The position numbers were made by a program, and so were the translations under genes. DNA of 64,000 nucleotides, from positions 24,091 to 88,090 of the forward strand of contig MCFE01000354.1 in NCBI GenBank assembly GCA_002104905.1, read 5' to 3'. Each line of letters begins with the position of its first letter. Positions within the stretch are counted from its first letter, which is position 1. The notes under the pieces were generated by a model. The model saw nothing but the letters and a program-made list of their open reading frames with translations, did no database searches and was not told the origin of the DNA. Shown in pieces: positions 48,155 through 60,191 of this stretch. This DNA is from Basidiobolus meristosporus CBS 931.73. Lineage: Eukaryota > Fungi > Basidiobolomycota.

Positions 48155-51100
48155 CTAAGTAAATCCCAACAAGGAATTAGGTCAGTATTCTCTAGGATTT
48201 GAAGGTAATGATCTAAGTGACTAAGTTAGGTGAATATTCAGGTGGAATTACCAATTTTTACAACACTCCCACTCAGCTAAATGTTCATACCAACTAGGCC
48301 TAACTTTGACCTAAGATATTCAAACTTGTCTCTAGCTAATGGTTTGGTAAATATGTCAGCAATCATTTCATCTATAGGAGAGTAAACTAAGCAAACTAAG
48401 TTACTCTCTATAGCTTCACATATGAAATGATGTCTAATATCTATGTGCTTGGTTCTAGCATGAGAAGTTGGATTTCTACCTAATTGTATACATCCCTGAT
48501 TATCTTGAAATAAAATAATAGGCGTTTTTTTGACATAGGCCTAAATCTGTAAAAAGCTTTCTTAACCACATTGCTTCTTTTGTAGCTTCACAGGCTGCCA
48601 TATACTCTGCCACTGTGGTAGAAAGTGCTACGGTTGGTTGCTTTCTTGAATTCCATGAAATTGCTCCTTTACAGTAAAGAATGGTGTATCCTGTGGTGGA
48701 TCTTCTGTCTTCTAAATTTTGTCCCCAATCAGCATCAGAGTATCCCATAAAATGCTGTTCTGAATCCTTATAAGTGTATCTTAAGCAGATATCAGCAGTT
48801 CCTTTTAGGTATCTAAAAATCCACTTAACTGCTGCAATATGATCAGATCCATAGTTCTGATTATGTTGGCTGACAACTCCCGCTAAATATGAGATATCTG
48901 GACATGTTTCAAGCATGATATACATCAGACTGCCAACCATAGGTTGATAAGGAAAGTCAGGGCTTTCAGATGGCACCAAGCTCTCTTGATTTGGTTAAGT
49001 TTTGACCAAGTTAAGGTTTGTCTCCATTGGGGTAGCTGCTGGTTTGCAGTCTTCCATTTGGTACTTCTTTAGTATATCTTGAATATACTTGGATTGGCTT
49101 AGGGTAATAGTCTGGGTACCTCTGTCTATGGAGAACCTAATCCCCAAGTAGTAATTGAGTTCTCCTAGATTGGACATCTTGAACTCCTTAATTAGGCTGG
49201 ATTTAGTCTCTTCCAATGTTTCTCGGTTATTGGTGGCTATAATAATATCATCCACATATAGAGCTAATAGAGCTGAATTTGCTCTATCTGACTTATAGTA
49301 TATACTATAGTCAGCATTACACCTTTTGAAACTCAGAGATTCCAAATAAGAATCAATCTTGCAATTCCAGGCTCTCAGTGATTGTTTGAGTCCTTATAGA
49401 GATTTTATAAGCTGGCAGACCAAATGGGGGTTATCTTAGTCAGCAAACACATCATGCTGGTCCATATACACATCCTCATCAAGTTCACCTTTCATAAGTG
49501 CAGTTTATACATTCATTTGAAGAATAAAAAACTTATATTTGGCTGCAATAGCTAATATTAATCTGATGGAGTCAAACTTGGCTACCAGTGCAAAGGTCTC
49601 AGTATAGTCAAGTCCTTTTGCTTGAGAGCATCCTTTGGCTGCAAGTCTTGCTTTGTATCTTTCAGCTGTACCATCAGCCTTGTATTTTGTCTTGAAGACC
49701 CATCTGCATCCAATTGATTTTTGGTGGATTGGTAAATTGACTAAGTCCCAAGTTTGATTTTCCATCAGGGCCTGATATTACTCAGTCATTGCCAATCTCC
49801 AAAACTTTGTCTGAGGGCTATTTAGGGCCTCTTTTACAGTCTGGGGTTCATCAATATGGACTGAATAGGCATAGGATATGTTTGCACCCTCATTGATATA
49901 GTAATGTGGGCTATTTCTTGTCCAATTGGATCTCCGCACATTTGATACTGGAATGATCACTTCTGGGATGTTCCTTGGCACTTATGCTGGCTGAACAATG
50001 GCTGTAGAGTCCTCTGGAGTTAAAAAATTCTCATTGTTTTGCTCTGATTCAATCCTGACAATTGGTGGACTTGGGATCAGATTTTTGTCAACATCTAATG
50101 TCATTTTTGTGAAAATTTTATACTTTCATCAAACAACACATTACTGGACTTGAATGGCTTCTTTGCTATGGTATTATAGAGTCTGTATGCTTAACTCTCA
50201 TTGCAGTAACCCAAAAATATGCATTTTACACTTTTCGGCTCAAATATTGACTGATTTCCAGGCAGTTTCTTGGCATATGCTGTACACCCAAATATTCTTA
50301 GATGTTCTGCACTTGGTCTGTATCCATACCATGATTCAAATGGAGTAGAATCACAAGGTATTCTATTATAACTCCTATTTTTAAGATATACAGAAGTGGC
50401 AACTGATTCCGCCCAAAAATCATAGGATAATTTTTGATCATAGATCATAGATCTTGCCATAACAATTATTGATCTGTTAGCACACTCTGCTACTCCATTT
50501 TGCTGTGGAGAGTATGGTACAGTAGTCTCTTGCTTTATCCCATGAATTTTGCAGAAGTGGATGAAGAGTTTTGAAGTATATTCTCCACCATTGCAGAGCA
50601 TATTTTCTTGATTTTTTCACCAGTTTCTCTCTCCACCATGGCTTTAAACTCCCTGAGCTTAGACAGAGCCTCTTCCTTTCTCTCCATGAAGTAGACCAAT
50701 GTGTATCTTGTATAATCATCAATAAAAGTGATCAAATACTTCATCTCACCTAAGGATAAATTTTGCATAGGTCCACACAGATCTGAGTGAATTAGATCTA
50801 ATTTCTTCTTAGTTTTGATTAACCCAGAGCTCTTGAACAATTGTCTGGCTTGTTTTCCATATATGCAGGCTTCACAGTGCTCCAAATTAGCAGGGGGTTC
50901 AATTTTTACTCCAGAAATTAGCTGATCTTTGATCATTTTGCGCAAATAATCAAAATTGATGTGCCCAAATCTCCTGTGCCAAAGCATTGGCTTTTCTTCA
51001 TTTAAGCTACATATATTGGCTTCCAGATATGAAGGAATATTAGTCAACTTGTGTAGATTCTGATCTCTGATGCCAGAAGCAATATGGGCACCATTTTGAT

Positions 51101-51240
51101 CAGTGATCTTGCATCTAGAATTGTCAAAGCTGAAACTGAGTCCTTCTGCAGTGGCCTTACTTACAGATAGTAGGTTCTTGGCTATTTCTAGTACATATAG
51201 TACCTCTTTAAAGGTCAGTGCATGGCTTCCTTCACTGCAA
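48155..51240 (-). mobile_element. Ty1/copia element B (decayed): partial 3' LTR 48155-48265, PPT, RNase H, RT, integrase, GAG-pre-integrase; truncated within the protease-downstream region
   Basis: ORF fragments: LWHRRFGH, HCEACIYGKQ, IHSDLCGPM, TFIDDYTRYT, PQQNGVAE, WVFKTK..YKARL, LYVDDII, MGYSDADWG. Many stops and frameshifts. Confidence 0.92.
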
Positions 51241-51334
51241 AACATCCCTGTGTTTCACCTGTGGAATTGAAGAAAATCCATTTTTTGACCTATAACCAGC
51301 AAAAGAGCTGTAGGTCAACCAAAACTAAGAAAAA

Positions 51335-53919
51335 TTAGATTTAACTCACTCAGATCTGTGTATACCTATGCAAAATTATTGTTAGGCAGAATGAAGTATT
51401 TGAACATGTTTACAGACATTATGCAAGGAGCATATGGGTCCACTTAAAGGTACAAAAGGAACAAGCTCTGTCCAAGTTCAGCGGGGGGGGGGGTGAAGCC
51501 ATGGCAGAGAGAGAAACCAGTGAGAAAAAACAAGAAAATATGCTTCAACAATGGTAGAAGCGTTATAAAAGCTTGTAATTGCACCTATGATCTCAAGTCC
51601 AGCAATAGTCAGGATTAAATCAGAGCAAAACAACAAAAGCTTTTTCACTCAAGAGGACTCCAAAAGCATGGTTCAGCCTGAACCAGTGCTCAGGAATAAC
51701 CCAGAAGTGATCATTCCAGTATCAAACTCCAGGAGATCTCACTGGACAAGAAATAGCCTAAAGTACTATATCAATGCATGTACAAACTGGCCTATGCCTA
51801 TTCAGTACATATTGATTATCCCCAGACTGTCAAAGAGGCCCTTAATAGCCCTCAGACAAAGCTTTGGAGATCTGTAATGACTGAGAAATATCAGACCCTG
51901 ATGGAAATTCAAACATGGGACTTAGTCAAATTACCAATCAATCAAAAATCAATTGGATGCAGATGAGTATTCAAGATGGAAATATAAGGCTGAAGGTAGA
52001 GTTGAAAGATACAAAGCAAGACTTGTGGCCAAAGGAGACTCACAAACAGAAAGATTTGACTATACTGTAATCTCTGCACCAGTAGCCAAGTTTAATTCCT
52101 TCAGATTGATATTAGCTATTGCAGCCAAATATACACTTTTTTATACCTCAAATGGATGCAAAAACTGCATTTTTGAATGGAGGGCTTGATGAGTACCTGA
52201 ATATAGACTGGCCTGATGGGCTTGTTGACCAGGATAGTCCCCATTTGGTGTGCAGCTTAAACAGTCTCTATATTGTCTCAGACAATCACCAAGAGCCTGG
52301 AGTTACAAGATAGTTTTTTATTTGGAATCTTTGAGTTTCAAAAGGAGTAATGCTGACTATAGTATATACTATAAGCTGGATAGAGCTAAAGCAGTTCTAT
52401 TAGCTCTATATGTGGATGATCTTATCATAGCCACCAATAACCTTGAAACATTGGAAGAGACTAAATTCAGTCTATTTCAAGAGTTCAAGTTGTCCAATCT
52501 AGGAGAACTCTGTTACTACTTGGGGAAAAGGTTCTCCATAGACAGAAGTACCCAGACTATCACCCTAAGTCAATCCAAGTATATTCAAGATATACTAAAG
52601 AAGTACCAAATAGAAGTCTATAAACTGGCAGCTGCCTCAATGTTGACAAACACTAACTTGAGTCAAAACTCAACCAAATCAAGAGGGCTTGGTGCCATCT
52701 GAAGGCCCTGACTTCCCTTATCTTTCTATGCTCTGCCGGCTGATGCATATCAAGCTTGGTACATGTTCATGTATCTCATATTCAGTTGGAGTTGTCAGCC
52801 AGCATGAATCAGAACTCTAGATCTGATCATATTGCAGCAGTCAGGCATATTTTTAGGTACCTAAAAGGTGTCATGATCACATGACACCATGAGCACCCAT
52901 GCCAAGTTTCAGCTTCCTAGCTCAATTTCTAAGAGATTCCTTCTGGAACCTTCTACCACCTTCCAGAAAGTTCCTGACCATTCCAAACCATTGTTACACA
53001 ATGGAACATTCCATGGAAGCTTCCCATCATATTTTTCATAGTCCAGTACCATATATGGAAATACCAGGTCACGTAACCTAGTCACATGAATCAGGTGACC
53101 CAATCCATTTCCCCATCCTGACTCAGTGCCTTGCCTTCTATATTATTTTCCCCAGCACTGCTGCTGTGCCTCACCCCACAACCCTATTAGTATTAGCTAA
53201 TATCTCTTGGCATCAGTATAGCCAAAAGTATATATAGTCCTGATCCCCCCTTAAGTATTCCTCAGTCTGATAAACACAGGTCTTGAATAATGACTTAGGC
53301 CTATATCAAAGAATGCCATTCCTTTATTTTAAGGTGATCAAGGATGTATAAAATTAGGTAGAAATCCAACTGTTCATGCTAGAACTAAGCTTTTAGATAT
53401 TTAGACATGATTTCATGCATAAAGCTATGGAGAATAAGTTAGCAAGCTCAGTTTACTGTTCTTCAGATGAATTGATTGCAGATAAATCTATCAAACCAGC
53501 CAGAGAAAAGTTAGAATATCTTAGGTCAAAATTGGGACTAGTCAGTATGAACATTTAGCTGAGAGGGAGTGTTGTAAAAGTTTGTAATTCCATCTGAATA
53601 TTGACCTAAATTGGGCATGTAGATCATTTCCTTCAAATCCAAGAGAACACTGACCAGATTCCTTGTTAGAATTTACTTATAACATTTCCACCCTAATATC
53701 AGGTACTCAGAACATGAAAGTTTTCAAAGTTGTCCAAACAGCCCCAAAAGTTTGCACTCATGTTTTTGGGGCCTTCCTAAGCCTATTCTGTATGTTTTTT
53801 ATGCCAAGATCATGTCAAAGTATAAATACCACTTGGATATTCAATAAATCATTAAGTGAAAACCACATTATCTACTTGTGATGCCAATCATCTTCAATAT
53901 CTCCAAGACTCTTACAACA
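51335..53919 (+). mobile_element. Ty1/copia element C (heavily decayed, 5'-truncated) with complete 3' LTR 53570-53919
   Basis: Integrase/RT remnants (HSDLC, YKARLVAKG, LYVDDLII), PPT gagagggag at 53561-53569, LTR TGTTG...CAACA. Confidence 0.85.
52870..53290. mobile_element. Unrelated ~420-bp insert replacing part of the copia C RNase H region; possibly an LTR fragment of another family
   Basis: Copia homology breaks after acctaaaagg and resumes at gacttaggccta; the insert begins TGTCATGATCACATGAC. A clean terminus was not established. Confidence 0.35.
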
Positions 53920-56700
53920 AACAAAGGTGGTGTCGATGTTGCAACAGCCACTTGCTGGTCTTCAACTGAAGTTATTACTTTTGCTACATTCTCATCTGCC
54001 TGTGCATTATAGTCAGCTTGTAGCTCTGCAAAGATTCTCAATTGCCTACTTGACAGAGAGCCTAAGGAGTCCACATTACTACCTTCAGTGGGCATACTGT
54101 CAACATGGCCTTTTTTGGTTGTAGCCCTGCTTGTTGCACTATATGCCAAAGCAAGCTGTTATCCAACTGTTCTTCTGCTGCTGTTGGTGGTGGGATTTGG
54201 TTGGGAACAAGACAACTTTGCTTTATTTTTTAGCAGCATGCAAATGGAATTGAGTCAAACTAAAGGGGAAATGGTGTAACATATACATGTGTGTGATGCC
54301 ATCACTATGTTTACAATGCTTAATATGGCAGGTCATCATTGAATCTTACATTCATATAGGCTCAGTGTCCAAATACAAGGACTGTCATAGGCTTACATGA
54401 GTGTTGACAAAAAAGTGATATAAAGTGTTACATTATTGAGTGTCAAACTGTTTGACCCATGGACAAAACTTCTTTGATTCAATGCTGTAAGAGAAGAGAA
54501 AAAAGACCATGTGGCTACTGTAGCAAGCCTCTCTGCTTTGAAGCCTACAGACAGCATAGGAAATATTACAAGGATTGTGGCCAGTGTTTTGCCACACAAG
54601 CCATATTTGACCACTCATCAGTCACTACTGTACCAACAGTGCTTAGCTGGCCAGCTTATACAACTGTAATGGAACCTGGCTGTACTTGCTACTGTGCACA
54701 AACTGAGTCAGGTGAGTTTGTGATGCCTTTAGGATCACCTTAGCCTTCTTAATATGGCATGCAGAGTAGTAGCTTAGAAGAAGAAGGCTTGCTGATGGAT
54801 TGTGACCCTATCTCCCCTAACAAGAGTACCCTGCATGAGCCTAGTAAAATCCCAATATGCAATGAGACAACACACATGGAAAAAAATGCCAAGGATACTT
54901 TATGGAGTCTAGAGAGCCCAATAATCCATCCACTGGTAAATGATGTGATGTTGTGGCTAAAAAAGTGGCACATCTCCACTGATATCAGTAATGGGGGCTT
55001 TAAGGAGGTACTACTACTTCTTGCCAAAATCATCCTGGGATGCAACTTGCCATGTACACGGTACAATATAGACAACTGTCATGTGGCTGGCAACATATGA
55101 CCCAGAGACTGCCCTGATATCAGCATGTGTTAACAGTTGCATGGCATTAACATCAGAGAATGACACCATTGCATGATGTCCAACTTGTCAAGAATGCACC
55201 ACCATTGCAGGAAATTATTGTTCACACTCCGGATATGTTCCAGTAATACCCTGTCTAAAGAAGCTTATGCAGTCCAACAAATATTGCAGAGCTATAAAGT
55301 GCTGCACTCAGCATTAATCAGGTTCAAGCATATCTGCAGATACCCTAGCAATTGCCAAGATAGCTGGCTTTTCTGGGCACAACATATAGTATTGCTGTTA
55401 AATGCTTGAGATCCAAAGGAATTAATCCATGCCTGGCACACATTATTATTACCCAAGTACTAACCCTGAGACTATCATCTTCCTGCAAAGAGAATGCACA
55501 GAAGTCAGCTTGTAACTGCAGTAAAGTTGGCAAGGAATAGGCCATTGGCCAGAATATGAATTAATCAGAAACTGGAGATACTCAAGACAGAGGGTATCTG
55601 TTGGAGCAAAAGCTTTCCATTGGGAGCAATGCATTTGCTTTTCATTAATATACCTGTACAGATGACCAAGATGTACATTGGGGATTTGAAGCCAAATGAG
55701 CCCTTTGAGATACAGGAGAAATTTGAAAGAATTGGCAAAACATTACAGAGTATCTGCTACCCTAAGTACTTCTCACAGGCTCCAATCAGCATTCATATGC
55801 ATATGCCACAATACAAATGCCAGTACTGGATAAACTGGATATGTATTTATTCAAGTGGTCTTCTGAAGCCATTTCTATCAAGAGTACTTTGGAAGCATTA
55901 GGTGTCATATGTGGACATTGTAGGAATATTCATCCAGAAGCAGATCATAAATGCCAACTTGACACTTCAACAGCTTTTGTGCAAGGAGTTTGAGACAGGA
56001 GTTGAGCGGCTATATTACAAACTTAAAGCTGAATGTGTAGATCTCTGCTGCTACTGTATCCATTCTGTACTCCATTTTGCTTGGTGTGTGGAGAACATTG
56101 GGCCTTGCTTCACCTTTTGGGAGTTTCCTATTGAGCAGATATGTGGGGAGACCGGTAGATAAGTCAAGTTGCAGGTGCTACCATATTTCAATCTCATCTA
56201 GAATATTACCTTCAAGTCTGTCATGGAAGTGATGAGCTGGCACATTGAGGACAGTTAGGAACAGTTGGAAATATTGAGTACAGATGTGTACATGGAGACA
56301 CCTGTGCCTATGGCATTAAGGCAATAAGCAGCCCCCAATATGTGGGTAATCTGCTAAGTAATGGAAAGTTAGGATGGGTGCAACATGAAACTGATTTTTA
56401 TTTGGAGACTCACAAAAGTATGCTGGGTCTCTCTTGGTCACAAGCCAATTTTTACACCACTCAATCAGAATCCACACAAAAAAGAGCCCAAGTACACCCA
56501 TAAGGGGTATTAGAGTCCCACAGGGAGAAGGAATATATTGGCTAAATACCACAAAGTTCTTTGCAAATATTCCAGAGGTATTCACAGCAAAAGTGGCAGC
56601 AACCAAGCATATGATTACAGTATGTATATGTTACCCCCTATGAAAAATTATTGAGATGATCCCGTCAAAAGGCCGTTACAAAGTTAATGCCCCATGACTG
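53920..56700. mobile_element. CACTA/EnSpm-like element, copy 1 (decayed): 5' stub of ORF1 on - (53920-54150) and Tnp2/Transposase_21-like gene on + (~54459-56700)
   Basis: Fragments YDP..ACVNSCMAL..CPTC, MHLLFINI, YWINW..IYSSGLL, ERLYY..C..CIHSVLHF..CVENIGPCFTFWEFPIEQICG match fungal CACTA Tnp2 C-terminal motifs. Termini not located. Confidence 0.75.
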
Positions 56701-57665
56701 AGAGGTACTGATCTTGTCAGGACTCCATCCAGAGACTGTTGAAAAATAATTGCACCCCAGATTTCACAAAAAACTTCGTCAAAATTTTTCATCACAACAA
56801 TGTATAAGTGGCTTTTGATTGGTTCCCTGCCAATTTGCTCACTTTCTGATCCCAGACACTCTATTGCCTCCTATGTTTGTGTGAATTGATTGGCTATCGC
56901 CTCTTTTTCACACTCCTTACTTCCTGACTCAGCCATTTCTCTTACTTTTCATGCGTACAAATTGATTTATTTCCGTTGAAACTTCAGTTGTACCTCAATT
57001 GCCAATTGTATTGACCTATACAAGTCTCTATACCCTACACTAACATTAAGCCTAACCCCACACTCAACAAGTAACTCCATTAAAATCCACCACTCAATAA
57101 GTATTTCTGCTGTAACGCTCTGGTTCCACAACTTTGGCAGGAACCCAACGGCTTTATGCCACTGTTCATTCACTGGTTCCCACACGTCCTGGTCTTCAGC
57201 TGGCACTGCAAGGTCTAGCTCCTCATCTGCCGGTCTTTGCAATAAATCCTTGCAATATTCCAGTGCATTTTCTTGAGCACTGCTCTTGAAGAAGTGCTGC
57301 AACCTCTTGGTGTGCCTATTAATGTTCCAAAACTCCACTGAAGGCATTGTGATAGTCTTTCAAGCTCTTGACATTGTAGCCTCGTCTGTCAGTGGGATCT
57401 CCACTCTGTCAACAATGGAGGCTGTGGAGGCTGTCATAGACTAATTGCCTTTTTCAGCCAACTCATCTACCTTGCTGGAGTGTAGCTCAACTGGCTGCAC
57501 TTCCAACTCGTGTGAAAACAGCTGTTTTCTTGTTGGTAACTATTCTTGGCTATGATGGGATTCAGTCTGTTCCTGGCTTGCAGCGTTAATTGGCAAGAGC
57601 TGCAGTTGTTTTTGCATGCCTCCCTGTCTCAGGCTAGGGTAGACATTTTTCCCTTTAGCTTTTCC

Positions 57666-58085
57666 TTTATCACTGCCAGGTCTTTCACTGCTACTCTGGC
57701 TGTGTGCTTCTTGTAAAGAACTACGTTTTCTCCTGGATAAATTCTACTTGGACGCATCTGTTTTGGCCTGCTTGTCCCTTGCTGGCACTCTTCTGGCAAC
57801 CTGATGTTTCTTTTCAGCTTGTTTTGAGCTCTCAACTGTAGTTGTGACAGGCTCCTGTAAAAGCGGCTGGTTTTTATCACTGCCAGGTCCTTCACTGCTA
57901 CTTTAACTGGGTGCTTCTTGAGTGGTACTACGCTTTTTCCTTGATAAATGTTGTGCTGGTGCATCCATGTCTGCCTGCTTGTCCTTAATTGGCACTCATC
58001 CAGCTGCCTGACTTCTCTTTGATGCTTGTCTGGAGCTTTTGGCCCTGCTTGTAACGGGCTCTTGAGGAAGCTGCTGGTTTTTAGC
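57666..58085 (-). repeat. ~207-bp internal tandem repeat in CACTA ORF1 (two copies plus a partial third)
   Basis: tttatcactgccaggtc.ttcactgctact at 57666 and 57873; spacing 207 = 69 codons. Confidence 0.8.
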
Positions 58086-59187
58086 CATGGCACCCTTGTT
58101 CTTCTGCCTTTGATAGTTTCTGCTATTCTTGAGATACTCTCTTAGCATACCAATGCTGGCCTAAAATCTGTTTGCCTGTTTGAATCCAGGATAATGCTCA
58201 TGGAACAAGTCAAGTTGAGTTCCTGATGGTCCCATGGTATGCCGGCCTTAAGGTGATGGCGTGCTAGACTTCTAATGGCCTCTTGTATATTAACCCACTC
58301 TTCATTATTGCACTCAACGGCTTCACAGATCCTTAATGTCTTTTGATTTTTAGGCTTTGGTATAAACACCACATTGTCTCCCTCCCATGCTGTGATAGGT
58401 TTTTCTGTGGGCTTTATATTTGGGCACTGTTGTTGTGCTTCAAAGACTGTACAGTGTTCCTCTGCTGTTATATCAGGAAATGGCCCAATTCTTGGCTGTG
58501 ACATTGAGCTACTTGAGTTCCTTCTTTGCAGCAAAGATACTGCTTTCTCTACCTGGGATATTGATTGCTCTACACGTATTATCTGCTTATCCTGTTTCTG
58601 GACTACTTCCTGATTTCTCTGGGCCATTGCATCTATCCTATCAGCCACTGCACCTGATTGCTTCATTAATGCTTTGGTATGAGCTGACAACATATTTGCT
58701 AATATGGGTGGTGGTGATGTTATCATGGCCACTTGCTGATCTTCAACTGAGGGTACTGCGTTTGCTACATTCTCATCTGCCTGAGCATGATGGCCAGCTT
58801 GTGGCTCCACAGAGGTTCTCAATTGCCTACTTGACTGAGAGCCTGAGGAGTCCGCATTATTACCTTCAATGGGCACACTGTCAACAGGGCCTTTTTTGGA
58901 TGTAGCCCCGCTTGTTGCACTGAATGTCAAAGCAAGCTGTTGTCCAATCATTTTCTGTTGCCGTCAGCGGTGGGGTTTGGTTGAGAACCAGACGACTTTG
59001 CTTTATTTTTTGGCAGCATATATATGGAAGTGAGTCAAACCAAAGGGGAAATAGTGTTACATATACATGTGTATGTGGTGCCACAACTTTATTCATAATG
59101 CTTACTATGGCAGGTCATCATTGAATCTTACATTCATGTAGGTGCAATGTCTCAAATACAAGACTGTCTTTAGTTCACTTGAGTATT

Positions 59188-59397
59188 AGACTTGTTCCAT
59201 TGTGCATTGATCATAGTGCCAGAAAGTGCTGTATATTTTGTTATTAATTTGATATTTTAGGGTCATATGCATGTCAACTTTGATCTCAAATTGGCACTGT
59301 ATGGCACCCTCTGGCACTCTGTGGCATGATCAGACACCATCTGGCATGCTATGGAACTATTGGGCACTATGATCAGCTGGAATGATGGAACAAGTCT
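59188..59397. mobile_element. 210-bp MITE of the same AGACTTGTTC family, ATT target duplication
   Basis: gagtatt|AGACTTGTTCCATT...ATGGAACAAGTCT|attgacc. The paralogous empty site in copy 1 (~54397-54412) reads gagtgttgacaaaaaag. Confidence 0.92.
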
Positions 59398-60191
59398 ATT
59401 GACCAAAAAGTGATAAAATAGCGTTACATTGTTGAAGGTCAAACTGTTTGCCCCATGGACAAGACTACTTTGACTCAACACCGTAAGAGAAGAGAAAAAA
59501 GACTATGTGGCTATTGTGGCAAGCCTCTCAGCCATGAAGCACACAGACAGCATAGGAAGTATTACAAGGATCACTGCCGGTGTTTGGCCACCCAAGTCAT
59601 ATTTGACCATTCATTGGTCACTACTGTACCAACATTATCTTGCCAGCCAGTTGATACTTCTATATTGGCACCTGGCTGTCTTTGTCACCTTGCACAAACT
59701 GAGTCAGGTGACTTTGTGATGCCTTTAGGCTCACCTCAGCCTTCTGAATATGGCACGCAGAGTGATAGCTCTGACAAAGAAGGTTCACTGATGGATTTTG
59801 AGCCTATCTCCCCTAACAACAGTACCACATATGAGCCCGGTCCAATCCCTATATGCAATGAGACAACACCCATTGAGACAAATGCCAAGGATACTTTATG
59901 GAGTCAAGTGAGCCCAGTAATCCATCTACTGGTGAATGATGTGATGTTGTGGCTAGAGAAGTGGAGTGTTTCCACTAATAATAGTAATGGGGGCTTTGAG
60001 GATTTATTACTACTTCTTGCCAAAATCATACCAGGATGCAACTTACCATGTACATGGTACAAGTGGACAACTGTCATGTGGCTGGCAACATATGATCCAG
60101 TGACTGTCCTGATTCCAGCATATGTTAACAGTTGCATGGCATTCACATCCAAAAATGCTACCATTGCAACGTGTCCAAATTGTCAGGAATC

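Larger units (their letters stand above)
56967..60191. mobile_element. CACTA/EnSpm-like element, copy 2 (decayed): ORF1 pseudogene on - (56967-58951) and Tnp gene 5' part on + (59455-60191), cut by copia D
   Basis: 58650-60190 aligns with 53920-55170; in-frame TAG/TGA stops in ORF1; MDKTTLTQHRKRREKRLCGYCGKPL start; interrupted at gaatc|TGTTG. Confidence 0.75.

Noticed and set aside
51483-51493. Run of 11 G in copia C
   Set aside because: A single homopolymer in decayed sequence; not a PPT position and not a multi-tract G-quadruplex.
56640-56960. Possible CACTA terminal inverted repeats between the two element copies
   Set aside because: No CACTA/CACTG-type terminus with a matching partner could be identified by eye.
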